Position numbers and translations under genes: made by a program | Notes under the pieces: model-generated | Databases searched by the model: none | Seen by the model: the letters and a program-made list of their open reading frames with translations, nothing else | What the model was told of the DNA's origin: nothing | Source: Deltaproteobacteria bacterium | GTDB lineage: Bacteria > Desulfobacterota > Desulfobacteria > Desulfobacterales > UBA2156 | DNA: 64,000 nucleotides | Reading direction: 5' to 3' | NCBI GenBank assembly: GCA_019309485.1 | Contig: JAFDGC010000005.1 | Location: 20,596-84,595 of the forward strand | Shown here: in pieces, positions 54,907-64,000 of the stretch | Layout: each line of letters begins with the position of its first letter | Numbering within the stretch: the first letter of the stretch is position 1

Positions 54907-56571
54907 TCAGGCGGACTTCTTGGTCACGTAGTACTGCTGTCCGATGGAAAACAGGTTGTTGACCAGCCAGTACAAAACGAGCCCGGAGGAAAAATTGATA
55001 AAAATAACGGTGAAGACGAGAGGCATGAGCATCATCATCTTGGCTTGACTCGGATCTCCCGGCGGCGGTGACATTCTTTGCTGGAGCAGCATGCTGGCAC
55101 CCATGACAAGGGTCAAGACCGGAATCCCGTAGGGGGGTTGCATGAAGGGAATGGAAAAGTCGAATCGAAATAGGCGGTCCGGTGCACTCAGGTCATTGAT
55201 CCATCCGAAAAAGGGGGCATGCCGCAGCTCGATGGCTTCATAGAGCATCCGGTACAACGCAAAAAAGACCGGGATCTGGGCGACCATGGGAAGGCATCCG
55301 CCCAGCGGGTTGATCTTATAGGTCCGATACAGACTCATGATCTCTTGCTGTTGCTTCTTCTTGTCGTTTTTATACTTTTCCCGGATCTCCGCCATGAGGG
55401 GCTGGAGCTTCTTCATGTCGCTCATGGATTTATAGCTCTTATTGCCCAAGGGCCAAAGAAGGACCTTGGACAACAGGGTCAAGATGATAATGGCCACTCC
55501 GTAATTGGGGATGACCCGGTAGATCTGGTTCATCAACCACACACACGGCTTGGCGATAAAATCAAACATTCCGAAATTGACGGCCTCGTCCAGTTCATAG
55601 CCCGTCTCTTTGAGTACCTTCATGCTTTTGGGTCCGATAAAGAGGCGGTAATCAAAGCGTTGTTCCTCCCGGGGCCCCAATGTCACGGAGGGCTGGACAA
55701 ACTGGGCCTGAATGATCCCGTTTTCCCGGGCATAAAACCGGACCTGTCCGTCTTCGTTGGCGGGGGGAACCGCCGCGGACATGAAATACCGATCCTCGAT
55801 GGCCCACCATTTCACGCTTCCCGGTGAAAGGGGTTTGTCTTGAATTTTCTTGATTTTCACTTCTTCGACGCTGTTTTGGACCATGGCGCTGGGACCCGTA
55901 AAGCCATATCGGCCGCGTTCCGATTCATCGAGCTTGCGGTACAAGGAAAGGGCGACACGATCCGTCCATGGGGCATCGCTTCTGTTTTTCACACCCACCC
56001 CAAGCTCTATAAGGTATCTTTTCGGAGAAAAGGTGTAACGTTTTTCCATCACCACTCCGTTAGGGGAACGCCAAGAAAAGGTAATGTGCTTCGCGGCATC
56101 GGTCACACGGATCGTATCCTGGAGGACATCCGCCGAAAATACGGCGTCCTCGAATCCGGTCATGGATTTGTTCTCAAGGTCGATGCGCACCGTCCCGAAA
56201 GGATTTTCTTCGGAGATGAGGGTCTTCAGCGGAGAATCCTTTTCAACGCTTTCCCGGTAATGCTTCAGCGTGAATTCCCGGATCACTCCGGTTTTTTCGG
56301 AAAGTTTCACCCGGTAAAGGGGTGTATCCACGGTGATGGTGCGCATGGGCCGCTCCAGAACAGGGGGGGCAGGCCGGGCATCTTGTTGTGAAACCGGTTC
56401 TTTGATCTCTGGTTTTACGCCCGTTGCGGGAGTTGATTCCGGGCGCGTTTCCTGTGTCTCCGGTTGACCGGGGCTTTGGGGCGCGGGTTTTGTTTCCACA
56501 AAGAAAAAGTTCCACACCAGAAAAACAAGAAACGATAGGGCAATGGCGATAATGACACGGCCTTGTTCCAT
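54907..56571 (-). CDS. yidC: Membrane protein insertase YidC
   Basis: 554 aa with an N-terminal TM, a large periplasmic domain, and the conserved C-terminal core (GCLPMVAQIPVFFALY, SGLVLYW). Confidence 0.92.
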   Translation of the reverse strand: MEQGRVIIAIALSFLVFLVWNFFFVETKPAPQSPGQPETQETRPESTPATGVKPEIKEPVSQQDARPAPPVLERPMRTITVDTPLYRVKLSEKTGVIREFTLKHYRESVEKDSPLKTLISEENPFGTVRIDLENKSMTGFEDAVFSADVLQDTIRVTDAAKHITFSWRSPNGVVMEKRYTFSPKRYLIELGVGVKNRSDAPWTDRVALSLYRKLDESERGRYGFTGPSAMVQNSVEEVKIKKIQDKPLSPGSVKWWAIEDRYFMSAAVPPANEDGQVRFYARENGIIQAQFVQPSVTLGPREEQRFDYRLFIGPKSMKVLKETGYELDEAVNFGMFDFIAKPCVWLMNQIYRVIPNYGVAIIILTLLSKVLLWPLGNKSYKSMSDMKKLQPLMAEIREKYKNDKKKQQQEIMSLYRTYKINPLGGCLPMVAQIPVFFALYRMLYEAIELRHAPFFGWINDLSAPDRLFRFDFSIPFMQPPYGIPVLTLVMGASMLLQQRMSPPPGDPSQAKMMMLMPLVFTVIFINFSSGLVLYWLVNNLFSIGQQYYVTKKSA

Positions 56572-56592
56572 AAAAGATTCCTCACTTGTTGT

Positions 56593-56877
56593 TCATTGGC
56601 GAATCACCCTGTCGACGGCGTCGCCTGCTGTAATTTTTGGATTTGATCTGTGGGGAACGGGATCCACGCCACCGGGATGCCAGGGATGACACCGGCAGAC
56701 CCGCTTCAGCGCCAAAACCGATCCGGCAAGAACCCCGTGTTGCCGGATCGCTTCATGGGCATAATCCGAGCAGGAAGGGTAAAAGCGGCAGGCAGGACCC
56801 AGCACAGGAGATAGAATCCACTGGTACCCCCGGATGATCCACAGGGGAACTTGTTTAACGAAACGGATCGTTTTCAA
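56593..56877 (-). CDS. yidD: Membrane protein insertion efficiency factor YidD
   Basis: [30 protein letters not shown]...[14 protein letters not shown] chose the start at TTG 56877. The ATG-initiated 148-aa version (57039) adds a non-protein-like extension. Confidence 0.7.
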   Translation of the reverse strand: MKTIRFVKQVPLWIIRGYQWILSPVLGPACRFYPSCSDYAHEAIRQHGVLAGSVLALKRVCRCHPWHPGGVDPVPHRSNPKITAGDAVDRVIRQ

Positions 56878-57205
56878 TTTGGCATCAAAGCGCCTGTGTT
56901 TGGAATAGATTTGACCACCTGCAATTGAAGCCTCTCCGCTGCACCGCAAGGCGGGATTTCCGCTTCGCTCCAACCCGCGAAGCACTACCGTCAGGCAGAA
57001 CCTGCGGGGAATGTGCTCGCTGTTGCGGTTCACCCCCATGGGGTGCCCCTCAAAGGAATGGAAAACCGCGAGAACCCTTTGCCGAATTGAAAACCCCCCG
57101 GCGTTTCCGAGATTTCCGCACCTGCGGTGTTCCCGGAAAACTGGCGTCCCCTATGGATGCTGCTCTTTCCGGGTCTTTCGCCTCTTGGGCACGCTCGAAA
57201 ATCGC

Positions 57206-57607
57206 TCAATTGCGTGATACGCTCTCTGATTCGTCCACCACGAGTCGATGAAACACCGCATTGAATTCGGAAAACATTCTTCTCGAATCCAATCCGGCCG
57301 CCTCTTTTTTTACAATGATATTCATGTCCCAGTGTCCCTTGAGAAGATGCCGGTGCAACCGGAAAAACTCCCGCGCCAGGCGCTTGATCCGGTTGCGCTC
57401 ACAGGCGTTTCCCACGTGTTTTCCGACGGTGATCCCCAGGCGAGAGTTCTCGGTGGCTCCGGGTGCAATGATCACCGTGATCAGGGGGGTCCGTACCGCC
57501 CTTCCCTCGGATTTGAGTCGCATGAAATCACGGTGTTTCAGCGACCGCCGAGCCCGGGAAAACGTATATCGCCGCAAGGGTGCCCCCTTTTGGTAAATTG
57601 CACCCAA
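57206..57607 (-). CDS. rnpA: Ribonuclease P protein component
   Basis: Basic ~130-aa protein immediately downstream of rpmH, with an RNR-like block GNACERNRIKRLAREFFR. The start is uncertain. Confidence 0.85.
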   Translation of the reverse strand: MGAIYQKGAPLRRYTFSRARRSLKHRDFMRLKSEGRAVRTPLITVIIAPGATENSRLGITVGKHVGNACERNRIKRLAREFFRLHRHLLKGHWDMNIIVKKEAAGLDSRRMFSEFNAVFHRLVVDESESVSRN

Positions 57608-57612
57608 AAGGA

Positions 57613-57747
57613 TTACAAGGCGAGGCGCTTTCTTCCTTTTGCCCGGCGCCGGTTGATGATCCGGCGTCCGGCCCGGGTGGACATACGGCTCCGGAATCCG
57701 TGGTTTCTCGCCCGCCGTATTCTGCTGGGTTGATAGGTTCTTTTCAT
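57613..57747 (-). CDS. rpmH: 50S ribosomal protein L34
   Basis: Manual translation gives [44 protein letters not shown]. At 44 aa it falls below the ORF-track length cut-off. Confidence 0.92.
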   Translation of the reverse strand: MKRTYQPSRIRRARNHGFRSRMSTRAGRRIINRRRAKGRKRLAL

Positions 57748-57791
57748 CATTGCCATCCTTGCTGCAAAAGATTTAAACGCTTAAACTTTTT

Positions 57792-57820
57792 ATATAACCA
57801 TTTCTTACTCAAATCGTCAA
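57792..57820 (-). promoter_or_regulatory. Sigma-70-like promoter upstream of rpmH
   Basis: Minus strand: TTGACG, a 17-nt spacer, then TTATAT, about 45 nt upstream of the rpmH start. Confidence 0.4.
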
Positions 57821-57903
57821 GGGCCAATCCGTGTTTTGAAAAAAGGTTTCTGAACAATGGAAATCCAGTCCCGCGGTACACCTCTGGAAGGACACACTCC
57901 CTG

Positions 57904-59427
57904 TCATTCCGTCACTTCCATGACGTCGAATTTTTCCATGTGAAACAACGGCTCCGGATAAATCTCCACGGTTTTTTGCAAACGTTCTTCCAGGGCCCGG
58001 ATAAGACGGTTTTCCTGTCCGTGAAGCATTTCGGCGATTTCCGGATGGACCTTGAGAATGAGCCGTGTCCCCGAAATTTCCCGATTCCCCTTGAGGATTT
58101 CCCGAAATATCGTATAGCAAATGGAGGTTCTGGAAAGCAAATACCCTTCCCCATCGCAGTACAGGCACGGTTCGCATACAGTATGGGTGAGGGACTTGCG
58201 GGTCCGTTTGCGCGTCATTTGCACCAGCCCCAGATCCGATATGGGAAGGATATGGGTCTTGCTCCGGTCCTTTTTCAGAGCCTCCTGAAACGCCAGAAAG
58301 ACCTTTTCCTGGTGGGCTTTTTTTTCCATGTCGATGAAATCAACTATGATGATCCCGCCCAAGTCCCGGAGTCGAATTTGATATGCGATCTCTTTGACCG
58401 CCTCCAAATTGGTCTTTAAGATGGTCTCTTCCGGGTTGTGCGTTCCCACGAAACGGCCGGTATTGACGTCGATGGCCACCAGAGCCTCCGTGTGCTCAAT
58501 GACAATATACCCGCCGGATTTCAGCCACACTTTTCGTTTCAGGGCACGGGAAATGTCGCCCTCCAGGTTGTAGGCGTCGAAAATCGGCTCTTCCCCTTCG
58601 TAGAGTTCCACGGCGCCGATCAATCCGGGCATCGACATCTCCAAAAACGACCGTACCGATTGGTACGCCTGTGGATCATCCACCACGACCCGCTCCACTT
58701 CATGGGTCATGAGGTCCCTTACGGCCCGCAGGATGACGTTCAACTCCTGATGGAGGAGGGAAGGAGCGGCGGTGGCTTTGAATTTTTTTTGAATATTCTC
58801 CCAGAGTTTTTTTAAAAACACCATTTCATTGGCGATTTTTTCCGCGTCGGCATCCTCCGCGGCGGTCCGCACGATGTATCCGTAATCATCGGTCCGAATC
58901 GTCTCCAACACATTTTTCAGTCGGGTGCGTTCCGCTTCGTCTTCGATCCGCCTGGAAACGCCGATATGGGAGGCATGGGGCATGAGGACCAGGAATCGGC
59001 CGGGGAGGGAGACGCGCGATGTCACCCGGGCCCCCTTGGTCCCCAAGGGGGATTTGGCCGCCTGCACCATGACCTCCTGTCCCTCCTTCAGCAGGTCCTG
59101 GATATGCATTCCCTTTTGTATCGAGAGTTCCACGCCGTTGACGTCCCGCTTTTCCGGTTCCAGGTCGGAGGCGTAAAAGGCCTCTAACCCCGCATGGAAA
59201 TCCCCCACCACATCGTCGACATAGATGAAAGCAGCCTGATCGATTCCAATGTCCACGAAAGCGGCCTGCATTCCCGGAAGGACCCGTTGGACCCTTCCTT
59301 TATAGACGTTTCCCGTGATTTCTCCATTTTCGCACCGTTCGATAAACAACTCCGCGATGGTCCCGTCTTCCATGAGCGCCACCCGGGTTTCAAAATCGGC
59401 CACACTTACGATCAGCTTTTTAAACAT
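57904..59427 (-). CDS. rng: Ribonuclease G/E-family endoribonuclease (S1 domain plus catalytic domain)
   Basis: S1 region GNVYKGRVQRVLPGMQAAFVDIG, and catalytic GGYIVIEHTEALVAIDVNTG...GGIIIVDFIDM. I chose ATG at 59427 (MFKKLIV) after GGGAG. Confidence 0.88.
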   Translation of the reverse strand: MFKKLIVSVADFETRVALMEDGTIAELFIERCENGEITGNVYKGRVQRVLPGMQAAFVDIGIDQAAFIYVDDVVGDFHAGLEAFYASDLEPEKRDVNGVELSIQKGMHIQDLLKEGQEVMVQAAKSPLGTKGARVTSRVSLPGRFLVLMPHASHIGVSRRIEDEAERTRLKNVLETIRTDDYGYIVRTAAEDADAEKIANEMVFLKKLWENIQKKFKATAAPSLLHQELNVILRAVRDLMTHEVERVVVDDPQAYQSVRSFLEMSMPGLIGAVELYEGEEPIFDAYNLEGDISRALKRKVWLKSGGYIVIEHTEALVAIDVNTGRFVGTHNPEETILKTNLEAVKEIAYQIRLRDLGGIIIVDFIDMEKKAHQEKVFLAFQEALKKDRSKTHILPISDLGLVQMTRKRTRKSLTHTVCEPCLYCDGEGYLLSRTSICYTIFREILKGNREISGTRLILKVHPEIAEMLHGQENRLIRALEERLQKTVEIYPEPLFHMEKFDVMEVTE

Positions 59428-61984
59428 CTTGGCTCCCGTCATCGCGCTTTATGATCCGCATCCTTTTGATTGTTTCTTCGTCAAATCGAAAGACGGCACG
59501 AATCCATACATCGGGACGCAGTGTTTTCCCGGACCGGTTTTCGATGGTCACGTCGAGGATGTGCGGTGCGACCCGTGCGGTGGAGGGGACCATACGCTTT
59601 AATTCATAGGTTTTCAATCGACCATTTCGATCCGTTTCTTCCCATGGCCATTTCTCGGCGTTTTGAAAGGCTTCCAGGGCCGCTGCGTCGAAATGACCGT
59701 GGGGCAAAATGATCCGGTAACGGATGCTCGGGGGCGCCGGGATTCCCGCGGTGGGAGATACCGACTCGCATCTGCTGATCTTGATCCCCTCGGGCATCTT
59801 CGGACTCAGGGCCTCCGCGAGTCGGGAGGGGGACAGCGTTTCGGTCGTCCAAAGGATAAAGGCTTCTTTTTCACTTTCCATTCCCACGGGGAGCGGATTT
59901 GCGAAGGCAACTTTCGGCTTGGGATGAAATCCCTGGGTATGGGCCATGGGAATGTCGGCCCGGCGGATGCCCTGAAGGATCAGCTTCACCATTTCCAGGT
60001 GACCGAAATACCGGGCCGGGCCGGTCTTTGAGTAGAGAACCCGATACCCCCGCAGGGGAGCCCTTTCTTCAGATTTTGACGGGCGCGTTTCTTTCGGCGC
60101 ATCGAGTTCCGCACGCGGATGGATTCTCGGCTGAAGGGTTTCAAAGTCACAGACCCCGCATCCATGGCATTCACCTCCGCGGCAGTCGGGGGTGGAAAAG
60201 CCCTTTTCGGCCTTTTCCCATTCCTCCTCAAGGAACCGTCGGGACACGCCCATGTCAAAGGGATCCCATGGAAGCGGTTCCGAAAGGCTGCGGCGCCGGG
60301 TGGTGAAAAAATCGATGTCGATACCCGTATGGGCAACGGCGGCCTCCCACCTGTCGAAACGAAAATGATCCGTCCATCCGTCGAAACGGCACCCCTGTTG
60401 ATAGGCATGGATCAAAAGCCGGCAAAGGCGTCGGTCTCCCCTGGCCCACAGGCCTTCCAGGAGGCTGACCTCCGGATTCTGCCACTTGAGTTGGATTCGG
60501 GGACCCCGCAGCACCCTTTTCAGGAAATCGATTTTTTCCCGGGCCCTATCAAGGGAATCCTGGGACGCCCATTGAAAAGGGGTATGCGGTTTTGGAATGA
60601 AGGTGGCCACACTCACATGCACCGCCCGCTTCCCCTTTCCTCTTGGGTGTTTCGCGCCGGTAATTTTGTTCATTTTTTGAACAAGGCTCACAATCGCCTC
60701 GAGATCCGCGTCGGTTTCAAAGGGGAGTCCCACCATGAAATAGAGTTTGATGGCCTGCCAGCCCAATGAAAAGGCGTTTTTTACCGTTTCAAGGATCTCG
60801 GTCTCGGACAGGTTTTTATTCACGATATCCCGTAATCGCTGGCTTCCGGCTTCCGGCGCGATGGTAAACCCGGTTTTCCTCACCCGTTGGATCTGCTGCA
60901 TCAGTTTCGGGGTCAGGGTGCCTGCCCGGAAGGAAGGCAGGGAAAGGGCCACCTTTTTTCCTTCGCACCGATCCATGAGGTGTTCCATAAGATGCCCCAG
61001 GGCCGAGTAGTCTCCGGTGCTCAAAGAAAGCAAAGACACATTGTCATACCCCGTGAAAGAAAGGCTCTTTTGGGCCATCTCCAAGAGCCCCTCGGGGGAC
61101 CGTTCCCGGACCGGCCGGTAGAGGATACCGGCCTGGCAAAAACGGCATCCCCGGGTACACCCCCGGGCGATCTCCAACCGAAGCCGGTCATGGACGGGTT
61201 TCCCGAACGGCATCACGGGATTTAGGGGGAACGGGGCGGCGGTCAAGTCGGGCACCACGGCCCGGCGGACGATTTTTTCCGCTTTCAATCCCCTGTCGTC
61301 CCGGGGTTCCAGGTGCTGAAAGCCCTTTGCATCGTATGCCGGCCGGTAAAAGGAGGGAACGTATACGCCTTCGATTTGAGACCACTGCTTCAAAACAGAT
61401 TCCCTCCTTCCATCCCCTTCGTCTTTCCAGGACAACCAAACCCGGGCCATGTCTTGGATCACGCTTTCGGCTTCACCGATGACCATGGCGTCAAAGAGAT
61501 CCGCCACGGGCTCCGGGTTGCAGGTACACGGACCTCCGGCGATCACCAAAGGATCATCGGCGCTTCGATCCGCGGACAGAAAAGGGATTTTTCCAAAATC
61601 CAGCATATACAGGACGTTGGTGTAGTTGAGCTCATAAAGCAGGCTGAACCCCACGATATCCAAGCGATGCAGTGGGGTCCGGCTTTCGAGGGTGGTCAGC
61701 GGTATTCCTTCGGCGTTCAGCCGCCAGGCCAGGTCTTCTCCCGGGGCAAAAACCCTTTCGGCGAAAATCTGCGGATCCTGGTTGAGGATGTGATACAAAA
61801 TCTGGATCCCGAAATGAGACATTCCGATCTCGTAAAGATCGGGAAACGCCAGCGCCATATGCAGGCGAATCCGGCGGCGATCCTTTAGGAAACGATGGGT
61901 CTCTGTCCCGAGATACCGGCTGGGCTGCTCCAGAAAGCCAAGGATGTCTTGAATCTTCGTATCGTCCATGATATTGAATTTCAC
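59420..61984 (-). CDS. Large radical SAM protein (B12-binding-like N-domain, radical SAM core, DUF2344-like C-domain)
   Basis: EIARGCTRGCRFCQAG CxxxCxxC motif. 854 aa. As far as I recall, this gene commonly sits directly upstream of rng. Confidence 0.75.
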   Translation of the reverse strand: MKFNIMDDTKIQDILGFLEQPSRYLGTETHRFLKDRRRIRLHMALAFPDLYEIGMSHFGIQILYHILNQDPQIFAERVFAPGEDLAWRLNAEGIPLTTLESRTPLHRLDIVGFSLLYELNYTNVLYMLDFGKIPFLSADRSADDPLVIAGGPCTCNPEPVADLFDAMVIGEAESVIQDMARVWLSWKDEGDGRRESVLKQWSQIEGVYVPSFYRPAYDAKGFQHLEPRDDRGLKAEKIVRRAVVPDLTAAPFPLNPVMPFGKPVHDRLRLEIARGCTRGCRFCQAGILYRPVRERSPEGLLEMAQKSLSFTGYDNVSLLSLSTGDYSALGHLMEHLMDRCEGKKVALSLPSFRAGTLTPKLMQQIQRVRKTGFTIAPEAGSQRLRDIVNKNLSETEILETVKNAFSLGWQAIKLYFMVGLPFETDADLEAIVSLVQKMNKITGAKHPRGKGKRAVHVSVATFIPKPHTPFQWASQDSLDRAREKIDFLKRVLRGPRIQLKWQNPEVSLLEGLWARGDRRLCRLLIHAYQQGCRFDGWTDHFRFDRWEAAVAHTGIDIDFFTTRRRSLSEPLPWDPFDMGVSRRFLEEEWEKAEKGFSTPDCRGGECHGCGVCDFETLQPRIHPRAELDAPKETRPSKSEERAPLRGYRVLYSKTGPARYFGHLEMVKLILQGIRRADIPMAHTQGFHPKPKVAFANPLPVGMESEKEAFILWTTETLSPSRLAEALSPKMPEGIKISRCESVSPTAGIPAPPSIRYRIILPHGHFDAAALEAFQNAEKWPWEETDRNGRLKTYELKRMVPSTARVAPHILDVTIENRSGKTLRPDVWIRAVFRFDEETIKRMRIIKRDDGSQDV

Positions 61985-62062
61985 CGCTGCACGCGGCGGG
62001 GAATATTCTCACTGTAGCGGTTTACGCGTATCCTTTTTCTGGTGTTATAGAGGAAAAACGAC

Positions 62063-63472
62063 TTGTTGCCAAAGGAAAATACCTGTTTTTCCCCTTTCCG
62101 GCGGCTCCTTGTTTTTGTCCTGCCGGTTTTACTGGCCGCCGTATTCCTGCCTTCCGGAACAGTCGCCCGGGAAAGGATAACCCCTGTGGTGCAGGCGGTG
62201 CAACGGGTGGCGCCGGCGGTGGTCAACATCAATTCCGAATACGAAGTCCGTTCCCGGCGGAATCCGTTTTCCGGATTTCCCATGGATCCTTTCTTTGACT
62301 CTTTCTTCAAGGATTTCTTCGACCCTGGATTTGAACGCCGTTACAAGCGGACCAGCCTGGGCTCCGGGGTTATCATCGACGGGGAGCGGGGATTCATCCT
62401 GACCAACGCCCACGTGATCGCGCGGACCGGGACCGTTTCAGTGACTCTCATGGATGAACGGGAATTCAAGGCCGCCATCGTGGGGGCGGATCCGGACTCG
62501 GACCTGGCCGTCTTGCGCGTCGACTCCGCCGAGGCGCTTCCCTCGGTTGAAATGGGAAATTCCGATGATCTTTTCATCGGTGAAACCGTCATCGCCATCG
62601 GGAATCCCTTCGGTTTCAGCCACACGGTCACCACCGGTGTGATCAGCGCCTTGCACCGTAGCCTGCGCACCGACGATCGGGTTTTTATCGATTTCATCCA
62701 AACCGATGCCTCCATCAACCCCGGGAACAGCGGGGGACCCCTTTTGAATATCCACGGGGAAGTGATCGGGATCAATACCGCCATCTATGCCAAGGCCCAG
62801 GGGATCGGCTTTGCGATTCCCATCAACCGGGCTAACCGCATCGTCCAGGATCTCATCCGGTACGGAGAAGTGGTTCCGTCGTGGATCGGGATCGTGGTCC
62901 AGGATGTGGACGAAGGGATTTCCCGTTATCTGGGCCTGCCCCATACCAAGGGCGTGTTGGTGAAAGCGGTGGAGGAAAAAAGTCCGGCCGAAACAGCCGG
63001 CATCCAAGCCGGAGACGTACTCCTCGCCGTTGGACTGCATAAGGTCCGTTCCACCGAGGATTATCAGGCCGCCGTCAAGCAGATTGCCGCGGGGGAAACG
63101 GTTTCTTTGCGCATCCTAAGGAAAAACACCGAAAAGCGGATTTCCCTGACAACCCGGCCGTTTCCGCCGGAAATGGCGGAGGCGTTGGCCGTCCGCCGGT
63201 TGGGGGTCCGTGTGGAAAACAGGGACGCTTCCCGTCAAAACGGTTCTGGAAACGGGGCCTCCGAAGGCGTCGTCATCACGTGGCTCGACCCCCGATCCGA
63301 ACTCGCCCGGATCGGCGCCCGCCCCGGGGACATTATCCGGCAGATCGATGAAATAACGGTGCGCAATGTGGAGGACTTCAAGAAGGCCGTCATCCAATAC
63401 CGTCAGAAGCCCTCAGTGGTAATCCTGTTGCAGCGGGGGAACCAGGGATATTACATCACCGTGAGGCTGTGA
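62063..63472 (+). CDS. DegP/HtrA-family periplasmic serine endopeptidase with two PDZ domains
   Basis: Catalytic triad contexts TNAHV, DLAVL and GNSGGPL. It has a signal/anchor segment. TTG start. Confidence 0.88.
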   Translation: MLPKENTCFSPFRRLLVFVLPVLLAAVFLPSGTVARERITPVVQAVQRVAPAVVNINSEYEVRSRRNPFSGFPMDPFFDSFFKDFFDPGFERRYKRTSLGSGVIIDGERGFILTNAHVIARTGTVSVTLMDEREFKAAIVGADPDSDLAVLRVDSAEALPSVEMGNSDDLFIGETVIAIGNPFGFSHTVTTGVISALHRSLRTDDRVFIDFIQTDASINPGNSGGPLLNIHGEVIGINTAIYAKAQGIGFAIPINRANRIVQDLIRYGEVVPSWIGIVVQDVDEGISRYLGLPHTKGVLVKAVEEKSPAETAGIQAGDVLLAVGLHKVRSTEDYQAAVKQIAAGETVSLRILRKNTEKRISLTTRPFPPEMAEALAVRRLGVRVENRDASRQNGSGNGASEGVVITWLDPRSELARIGARPGDIIRQIDEITVRNVEDFKKAVIQYRQKPSVVILLQRGNQGYYITVRL

Positions 63473-63593
63473 GGGCTCGTTTTTCTCGGAAAAAACAAAT
63501 CGAATTTGCGCACATCACTCTGTGGAACCCCGGTTTTCAACGGGATCCCCTCCGTTTCCGACAAGCGGGTCCGCAAACGGCCAGAGCGGTTTC

Positions 63594-64000
63594 TTATTGG
63601 GCGAGGGACACCGTCATCCCTTTTTGGACGCTTCCTTCCGTGATTTCACAGATGGATAGCTTTTCCTTGACTTTGGTCACCCGGATTTTACCGGATGTCT
63701 CCACTTCCTGATCCAGGATTTCTCCCGTATTGGGGTCCCTGATGGTCGTCAGTTGTCCCACCTGGAACACCCGTCCCTCGGTGACCCCTTCCCGGGCGCC
63801 CCGGTTGATATACACCTTCTGCCCTTTAACCATAATGACGTCCCCGGTCCATGGAATTTCATCCAGCATGGAAATGAGATACGCCACCCCTTCGTCCACG
63901 GCCTTTTCGACGGCTTTACCGGCATTGGTCTTTTTAAATCCCCCCACATTCCCGGAAAAGCCGCCTTTGGAGATGCCCACCGAGAGCCCTTTCTTGGTCA
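63594..64000 (-). CDS. CsgG/LpoB-like lipoprotein C-terminal region (partial). The N-terminus probably lies beyond the window end.
   Basis: The frame is open to position 64000. ...GISKGGFSGNVGGFKKTNAGKAVEKAVDEGVAYLISML is followed by a beta-rich domain. The family assignment is tentative. Confidence 0.3.
   Translation of the reverse strand, partial: TKKGLSVGISKGGFSGNVGGFKKTNAGKAVEKAVDEGVAYLISMLDEIPWTGDVIMVKGQKVYINRGAREGVTEGRVFQVGQLTTIRDPNTGEILDQEVETSGKIRVTKVKEKLSICEITEGSVQKGMTVSLAQ

Noticed and set aside
56878-57039. ATG-initiated 148-aa version of YidD
   Set aside because: The extra 55 residues are Arg/Cys/Gly-rich and coincide with GC-rich hairpins. YidD proteins I know start about 10-15 residues before the (I/L)xxYQ motif.
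57748-57903. Replication origin (oriC) next to rpmH-rnpA-yidC-mnmE
   Set aside because: No dnaA or dnaN gene is adjacent (RNase G lies upstream of rpmH). I saw no cluster of DnaA-box-like 9-mers or AT-rich 13-mers. The spacer is explained by a sigma-70-like rpmH promoter.
1-64000. CRISPR arrays, insertion sequences, integrases, prophage or defence-system genes, rRNA
   Set aside because: No direct-repeat/spacer arrays, transposase/integrase-like ORFs, restriction/abortive-infection-type domains or rRNA-like sequence were seen on either strand. The only repeats are the hairpin family, one 11-mer tandem and one palindrome.

Overview
GC-rich chromosomal segment whose gene content looks Desulfobacterota-like (sulfate-reducer or syntroph type; this is inference from gene content only). 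I support about 60 protein genes, two tandem tRNA-Ser genes and several gene remnants. I saw no rRNA, CRISPR array, transposase, integrase or phage genes. Order of blocks: FbpA-like binding protein and DtxR-family regulator; tetR-MFP-RND efflux operon; GH13 sugar phosphorylase; nth, csp; a molybdenum-cofactor cluster (moaB, pyrR, mobA, moaE-like, two moeA paralogues) running straight into archease-rtcB-uppP-pmm-MFS; a hybrid histidine kinase; epmA; a decayed zone at 25.6-29.7 kb with several truncated genes; hypD-hypF-hypC-protease; a large MMPL/RND-cNMP-GGDEF fusion gene; periplasmic [NiFe] hydrogenase small and large subunits; fdhE-fdhB-fdhA (selenocysteine) preceded by moaA; two tRNA-Ser; then mnmE-jag-yidC-yidD-rnpA-rpmH, RNase G, a large radical SAM gene and DegP. 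Observations I rate highest: (1) an in-frame UGA at the second cysteine of the N-terminal RxCGxC nickel-binding motif of the hydrogenase large subunit, a different ligand position from known [NiFeSe] enzymes; (2) a family of GC-rich hairpin elements, always sense-oriented in leaders or spacers, three of four next to Mo-cofactor/FDH genes; (3) a frame-breaking short deletion in fdhA; (4) an RND/MMPL transporter fused to cNMP-binding and degenerate GGDEF domains, sitting between the hydrogenase structural genes and their maturation genes; (5) a junction of three truncated genes; (6) a perfect 44-nt palindrome. All product calls come from reading translated motifs by eye. No database search was run.
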